In this document: piece after piece, positions 56,901-64,000 of the stretch | How positions within the stretch are numbered: position 1 is the first letter of the stretch | Layout: each line of letters starts with the position of its first letter | NCBI GenBank assembly: GCA_964035545.1 | Contig: OZ037773.1 | Location: forward strand, 2,695,751 to 2,759,750 | DNA from: Bugula neritina | Taxonomy: Eukaryota > Animalia > Bryozoa | Length of the DNA stretch: 64,000 nt | Reading direction: 5' to 3' | Position numbers and translations under genes: made by a program | The notes under the pieces: model-generated | The model's input: the letters and a program-made list of their open reading frames with translations, nothing else | Databases searched by the model: none | Told to the model about the DNA's origin: nothing

Positions 56901-59816
56901 GAATACTGCCAAGGGAATAGGCAGCAGAAGTCATTAGAACCACTCTACTAGGGGCTGTCGTCTTCAACAACGGCAGCAGTTCATTGACCAAAACATAGTG
57001 ACCTGAGAAAATAAAAAACTGATTGGTCGAGAGGAAAAACCCATTTTCTAATTTGAAAAGTTTTAATGTCTAAAAATATAAAGTCTCATTTTTATACTGG
57101 AAGAAGTAAAATAAAATATTCATCTAAATTCTAGAAGATATTTAGCAAAAGAATGTTTGTAATCTACACCTAATCACCTACCCAGGTAGTTGACACCTAG
57201 GTGATGTTCAAACCCATCTATAGTCTTAGACGGAGGGGGTAGCATAACCCCCGCATTGCAATACAGGATGTGCAACTTATCCTCTCCTACAAATAGTCAG
57301 TAAACATACATAAGTGACTCCTATAGCTAACAAGTGGTTCATATATCTTATGGTTAGTAAGTGGTTCATATATCTTATAGTTAGCTAGTGGTTCATATAT
57401 CTTATAGTTAGCAAGTGGTTCATATATCTTATGGTTAGCAAGTGCATCTGGCAGAAATACACCCAATGTAGAATTACAAAACCTCAGTTTTTAAAATTAG
57501 TCATAATATAAAAGAACAAAGCAAATTGATTCCAGAAAGGGAGATAATTTTCATCAAAATAATCTTGTAGAACAGACAACTTCTAAAATTTAAATACAAA
57601 AATAAAACTCCCAGCTGCTTACTAACTTTTCTTAAAATCTTCACAGAACCTCTTCACGTCTTTAAGGTCGTTGAGGCGAAGGGGAAGGAAATGGATTTCT
57701 TTACTTCCTGTCATTTTCATAAGTTGTGCTGCAGCTGCTTTGCCCAGTTCGCTGTCTCTGCATGCTATATACACCTTAGCACCTGGATAACATAGTCTCG
57801 CACTAAATACAAGGTAAAAACAGGCTGGAGGACAATCCAAACAAAAATGACTCTGCTTATTCTATACCATAACCAAAATTAAATGAAATACACTCAAAAC
57901 ATTTACATAAAGTTCAAGAAAACCAATTCGTTGTAAACAACCTTTGTCCTCACTTGAGCAAAATTAAGCAGCTAATTTGAAACAAAACGAACACTAGGTG
58001 CTAGGAATTTCTTCCAGATCAATCAATTAAAATAAATTATGAATATATATATTTCTTATCTTTCTTCAAAGAGCAAGAAACATAACTATTAACTATATCA
58101 TATCAGATGTTATCTCCACCTTCAACTGATTGCTTTTACCAGAACCTGGTGAGTGACAAATTAATCAAGTAATACCGTAAGTTGCACACTACCTCTTTGA
58201 GCCAGTTCCTTGGCAGTATAGAAACCTATTCCCCTGTTTCCACCAGTAACCACTGCCACCTTGTCATCTAGCGGCGTTTGACTAAAATACTGGGGACCTT
58301 TCAAATAAGACCTGAAATAAAGAGAACATACACTTGTACATGTTGTTACACACAAATTGAACAACATAGTTACACAGGTACACTTAAAAGTAGGCCAAGT
58401 AAGGAAAATATGAATTGATATTGAAATTCCATTAAATAATGCAATTCACTAACTTGGCAATTATTGTAAAAAATTATTCTACAGTATCAGCTATGAGTCA
58501 TTGCTCTAGGGCCTAGGCTATTAATTAATAAATCTACATTGAATGGTAATAATAAATACTTAAAAATATATAATTTATTTAGTTGATTTGTGTTACTCAC
58601 TGATAACTAAAATAAAAAATAATACATAACGATGATCAAAATCCAAAATTGATGTGAACAAACTTGAATGTCTAAGGTTTCAAAATCAAAATATTAATAC
58701 AGACACTAACATTTACAAAGCAATGAAACTAAAACTCAACAAGTAAATATTCAGCAAAATTGGTAACATCATAACAATTGCCATTGGTTTTACCAATATT
58801 GTTAATGTTTGTGTTGATATGAGTTAATTCAGTCAATAATCATTATGTAACTGTTTCAACTGTTGACATATTCATACTCTACACTCTACAACCTACTGTT
58901 TTTGTTTAAATTTCATGTCTGATACAGTATATTTACTATTATAATATCCATTATGTTGCTCTTTGTTCTACTTTTATTTTAGAAATAAAATTAATTTATT
59001 TTTAATATCATTACTATTAGTATTAGAATTTTGCATATTGCTATAATTTAGTACACTGTCTGGCCTAGAGAGTCAGACCGAATTCACATCATGCTAAAGG
59101 GCTCTGCCCATGAATGATAATCGCTGTAATTGTCCAACTTCTAAGGCAAAGAGTAATGTTTAAGCCTTATAATAACAATTAAAATTAATATCACAGTATT
59201 CACTAGCAGGGACCATACCATTGGCACCACCAATTATAAATAATTTAATTTTATACCATTATAGTATGATTACTTTTATTTTTAGTACTAGTTCACTACG
59301 TCTACTAGTAGACGTAGTGAACTAGTACTACTACTACTACTACTAGTAGTAGTAGTATAACTATAAGTATAAGCAATGCTATCAGCATAAGTATTACTAT
59401 TACTATTAGTATCACTATTAAACTTGATTTGGTCTGATCAATACCATAATCATAATGATTTGATAATCATAATTATATCTAAATCAGTATCTCTTAATGA
59501 GCTAATCATAATGATTATGATAATCATAACCAATATCATTATGATTATCATTACACATTATCATTACTCATTACTGATTACAGCTACCATTCTGATTCTG
59601 AAAGTAAATATCAGGTTTTTTGGACTAAACCTCTTATTTGAAGTTTTAATTTCACACACAGTGATATTCATATTGGCATCAACAGTAGCACTAATTCAGA
59701 CTGCTAGTGCTACTGCCCAGTGGGAGTGTCAACACTTACCTAAAACCAGCAAGTACTGCTGTAACAAAGATTGCTATCCACGTATACCAAGATTCAAAAA
59801 AAGGAGGAGTCTCCAT
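53968..59816 (-). CDS. Short-chain dehydrogenase/reductase, RDH11-14/DHRS13-like, with YxxxK changed to FxxxK
   Basis: N-terminal TM exon [26 protein letters not shown] (59816); [12 protein letters not shown]; [10 protein letters not shown]; LYCNAGVM; [10 protein letters not shown]; SRVVLMTS; [10 protein letters not shown]; VNACHPGV; GAQTP; last exon AEKFW with stop at 53968. Confidence 0.88.
54155..54322. repeat. Intronic minisatellite, ~43-bp unit x ~4
   Basis: Repeats of atacactgtaac..caata..ttctactgtac.tgcatc. Confidence 0.75.
56101..56316 (+). mobile_element. tRNA-derived SINE with target-site duplication
   Basis: Same family as 5447-5644; flanked by tattagtattttat-like direct repeats. 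Confidence 0.85.
57332..57444. repeat. 27-bp minisatellite x ~4
   Basis: agtggttcatatatcttat(g/a)gttagca units. Confidence 0.85.
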
Positions 59817-61018
59817 TAATTTTGAAAAGGGGTTATCTGTAGGTTCCATGATCATCGTGAGAATGTGGTGAGTAAAATAATATTGAGAGGAAAATGTTAA
59901 TCAAACTTTCTGGGTTATTCAAATTAAAATCTCATCAAATGGGGGAAACTTTTTTCCTTTCAATGACGTCCACTTATTGCAACATCAGTTTTGAATGTAA
60001 AACCACATAGTCAAAACTATGATAGGTGACATCAGTGTGTAGTCTGAGTCGGACTATTTCACAGTATAGTAGTCACATCAACTTATGACCGAGATAAGCC
60101 TGCGAATAACGGTCGACGAAAGTATGTGGCTATTAATGCAACTCTAAGCATAGGTTTCAGTTGTCCCCTCATGCAACCCGAAGGGTTAAAGGTCAAAATA
60201 TCACGCCAATGGAGAGCATTGGTGGGCATGCCTTGCTACCTACATGTAGACTCTATTTTCTCTGTAACTTACCAGAGGTGCCGTAGGACCGGTCGAGAGT
60301 TAAAACTCCTCTGCACCCAAATAACTGACTAATTCCTATATTAAAACTCAAATCCCTGAAAACTTGAACTTCAAGATGGTAGCCTTAAAAGGGTAAATTC
60401 GAAAAAACTAAGAAATGAAGTGTTTCTTGTACGTTAAATCATAATATTAGGAGGAATTTTTTTAGGTATATACTATAAAAAATACATTTGATGTCTTGCT
60501 AAATAGTTCCAAGAATGAAGTCAAATTGTTAGCTGAATATAAAAGAAACATAATGATAATGAGACTACAGCTCCTACTTAGTAAAGCAACCAGTCCAGTT
60601 ATTAGTTAGACTACATACACACTATATAATAGTTCAGTATGAAATGCACCTCATCCATGACTAACTGAAATCTGATGGTACAAAATTTACATTAATACTA
60701 AAAATAACAGGCAGACGATCCTAAATATAATGGTTTGCAAATTAACTGGGTATAACCTTAACAAATGTGAATAAATAACAGTATATATAATATATATACA
60801 CACATCATAGAAAAGTTTTTAGCTAACAGTATCCGTAATGGGAGGGGAATATAGCCCATAGTGACTAGTTTCATGTTCTTTCAAGAGCAAGCTTATACAA
60901 TCATTGTGCCAAGACACAAATTGTTTTACAAAATACTATATAAAATCCAATATTAGCAATAATACAAAGCTGGGAAGTATGTCTGCGAATGTGGGAGTTG
61001 ATTGTGGTATATAAGATG

Positions 61019-63157
61019 CTAGTTATTGCCAGCTGTAGCCTCAGGGTCTGTTTGCTGATCTACAGTATCTTGAAGAGCTACGGGTGTCAACCATTCCTTT
61101 GGTAATGCTCTCTCCACAAAGGGTAGAGTGTCTCCTATGTTAGCCAATCTGTTCACCCACTTAGGTAGCTGCTTTCCGGTGAGAATCTGAAACAGAAATC
61201 ATTGTTAGAGATCAATTGATGAGCACCAGAGAGAGGCTAAAGCAGGAGCGTCCAACCTTTTGGACAGCCCTGGGCTAGAGGATAAATACAGACAGCTTGA
61301 AGTGATTTCTAGAAAAAAAGTTCTTTTACATTATGAAATATAGAAGACAATGCAAAGCCTAGAGTTTTGGTGAATTTATTTGTTGAATATTTCAAATTAA
61401 TCGCACAGTACACCGTCATTGCAAGACACTACATGCCAGGAGCTTCTATTCAAGTCACGTATCAATACAACTGAATGGATTGTTAACTGGTCATGTGACT
61501 TCAATGTAACAGAATAACTATAACTAAAACTGAGCTACAACAGCTCCAAATTTAATAAATTTGGTCATCAAGCAATTTCAAACGTACTTACATTAACTTT
61601 GCTTTAAAAGCAAGCACAATTATTACAAAAAAAACAATTAGTTTCACAAGAAGCTGTATTCTCAAATAACACAGCATTAGAACTTTCAGCATTTACCTCT
61701 ATAAAGGCAGACGTGAAATGATTACAATTTTTCTTGAGCAAGTGATACTGGTCGCCCCTGTACTGGTCACCCAGCTGTTCTATAATTCCTTCTATTTCCG
61801 GTTTGGTTAAGTCAGTGTAACCTATCTCTATTGATTCCCTGCATGCAGAATACATGGCATGTATTCACAATCTTAAGATTATAAATGCATTAGACTACCA
61901 GTTAGTTGTGCAGCAAATAACCGATGATATGACCTAAAATTCAATGAACACTAAGGGAGAAGGTACAAAGCATTATCACTAAGCTATGTATTGCTACACA
62001 TTGCATTACAGAAGCTGTATCACTACTGATTTTATTACTATGAGTTGCTACATGGTGCTATTACATATTGCGTGTTACTACGCTGTGTACTGCAATGTTT
62101 TGCAACATTACATATCGTATGACCGTTTATTGTATTACTATGTACGGCAGTACTTTGCTCTGCACATCACTAAACAGTACATATTACTAGATACTGAGTG
62201 CTATTTTGCTACACTCACTTAAATTTAAAATTTTCTCCTAATTCTTCAGAGTCTTTCGGTGTTATTTCAAATATGCCTGAGAAAGGAAACTGGTGGCCGC
62301 CATATGCATACTCTAAAAAAATGTATATAACATATATATATTTAAATCATCATAATAAAAAACTCACACAAGTTTATAGTCACTATCCCTGTGAGAAAAC
62401 CCCTAACGAAAAGGGTTTTTGTTGAATCGGGCTCAGGACTTATTCAGATGAGGGCACAGGAGCAATTATGACTGGATGCTCTTCCTAACATCACCAATGG
62501 CCTTTTTTGGGGTTCGAAACCATGACTTCGTGCTTACTAGGCAAACACTCTAACCCCTAGACCACGGCTGCTTCTTTATCACCATAGACCAACAGAATTT
62601 ACCAAGACAATTTCACCAAACACTGCTTACTCTTAAAGGACTAGTTTCAATAAGTTCACCAACACCTTACCCACTCCGTTAACTTCAACACCTGTGTGGT
62701 AAACCCCAATACCCAGCTTGGTTGTCCATTCATTTGTCCAATACTGAAAGAGCACAAAAGAGAAAAATGAGCATGCGTAACCAGAGTCCTATTATCAAAC
62801 TGATGGTACTATAAACTGAATAAATTACAGCTAAAAGAAACAGTTTAATCTGTATATAAATACTATGCTGCGCCATAACAGATCCAAAATTTGTTTATAA
62901 TTACAGTTTCAATTACCTCAGTAAATGACAGCAACTGAGAAACACAAAACAAGTATTTCAATTGGCTCTCACAGCTAAAGTACAGATATTGAATTACAGA
63001 TGTTGGCTAATACTAAAATTTATTTTGTTGAATTCACAGCTGAAAGCACTTCGTGAAAAAAATAGTAAAACCTATTTTTTACGTGACAAATAAATGCGTC
63101 TATTGCAAGTAACCTACTAACCATGTCATAGACATGCACTGTCACTTTCGTTGTCAT
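61019..63157 (-). CDS. DESI2: Desumoylating isopeptidase 2 / PPPDE peptidase
   Basis: Exons give [12 protein letters not shown]|[25 protein letters not shown]|[18 protein letters not shown]..|..[11 protein letters not shown]..|..[16 protein letters not shown]. Catalytic His (YHTG) and Cys (NCNHF) are intact. Confidence 0.92.
62375..62572 (-). mobile_element. tRNA-derived SINE
   Basis: Reverse complement of the 5447-5644 family, inside a DESI2 intron. Confidence 0.85.
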
Positions 63158-64000
63158 CACCTCAACAGGTGGCTTTGAGTTTTTTGGCCCAATGATGATG
63201 ATTTCCCAAGAAGTCGGAGAGTGTCTATAAATATATTGTGGTTTAATAAATAGAACTTTGAAAATTATGCCTGCATCCATTTACAACATGGCTAGTGGCT
63301 ACACAATCATAGTTTCAGTAAAAAATGATCAATCAAGAATGTCATTTCATTAAAAAATAATGAATGTAGTTTTGAGTTTAGAAAAAAAGGCAATATGTTG
63401 ACAGAACTATTTTTAAAAAAAGATGATCATCAGAATCAACTCATACCACTGGCTGCCTTGGTCAACGTTAATGAAAATTATCAACTAGTAAGTATAGTTT
63501 CAGGCTAATAACGTTATAAACATGCAGTAGTATTTGGCCACGGCTGTCATCAGATTACATGCAAATACATAACACGTAAATTTGTAGCCGAATACATAGC
63601 TATAGAAACTTGTACTTTCAGTTACTATCAACTATAACCAAGACTAACATTACTGGGTTGTTAGTATTAGTACTAAAATAATGCTCCAAGTTTATCAGTT
63701 TGTGAAAGTATAGCATATCAGATTGAACAGATCCGATATAACTTAGGTTGACAGTTTAATATTAATACCAATAGTAAACTATGTAATAGTGAAGTAAGTA
63801 CTAATACTAATATTATTAGTTATTTATATTAACAATAAAGTAGATGCAATACTTACTAGTTTAGTTTTCTTTATTGAGCTTGTCTTATTAAAATAAATAA
63901 TAATTATTATAATACTAATCAATGAAATCATGAACTGATCAGTTAATCACCTAAAGTTGTTTGTAAAATTGGAGTAAATATTGAATTTAACACTCATATT

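Noticed and set aside
59424-59819. 131-aa plus-strand ORF
   Set aside because: Low-complexity Ile-rich translation antisense to the SDR first exon and intron.

Overview
AT-rich, intron-containing animal genomic DNA, probably a marine invertebrate; the species cannot be determined from sequence alone. Host genes were reconstructed by hand from splice sites and codon phase. (1) Two related minus-strand genes with NHL-like beta-propeller domains: one followed by Cys-rich modules and a C-type lectin domain, the other a single-pass receptor with a Thr/Ser mucin stalk and antistasin-like modules. (2) A small secreted PAN/apple-domain gene. (3) A class A GPCR nested antisense inside an intron of the receptor. 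(4) A small CS/p23-like gene. (5) A LIN-24/aerolysin (ETX/MTX2)-type beta-pore-forming protein. (6) An RDH11-14-like short-chain dehydrogenase whose catalytic Tyr is replaced by Phe. (7) A DESI2/PPPDE peptidase. The most striking region is a ~13-kb retroelement nest (about 30.8-43.8 kb) built in (TA)n microsatellite. It holds a palindromic fragment of one Penelope-like element (PLE-A), four ~2.2-kb 5'-truncated copies of a second (PLE-B) with inverted pseudo-LTRs, and a non-coding, highly structured 270-bp repeat carrying a type I hammerhead ribozyme (a non-LTR retrozyme family). The retrozyme occurs as single monomers, as a 2.7-mer tandem and as a dispersed copy at 19.75 kb. I can read 18 hammerhead motifs of three sequence families. 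Retrozyme insertions are circularly permuted across the cleavage site, all three element families end in ATAT microhomology to (TA)n, the first PLE-B core is flipped between its inverted pLTRs, and the array appears to have expanded by crossover inside the retrozyme.
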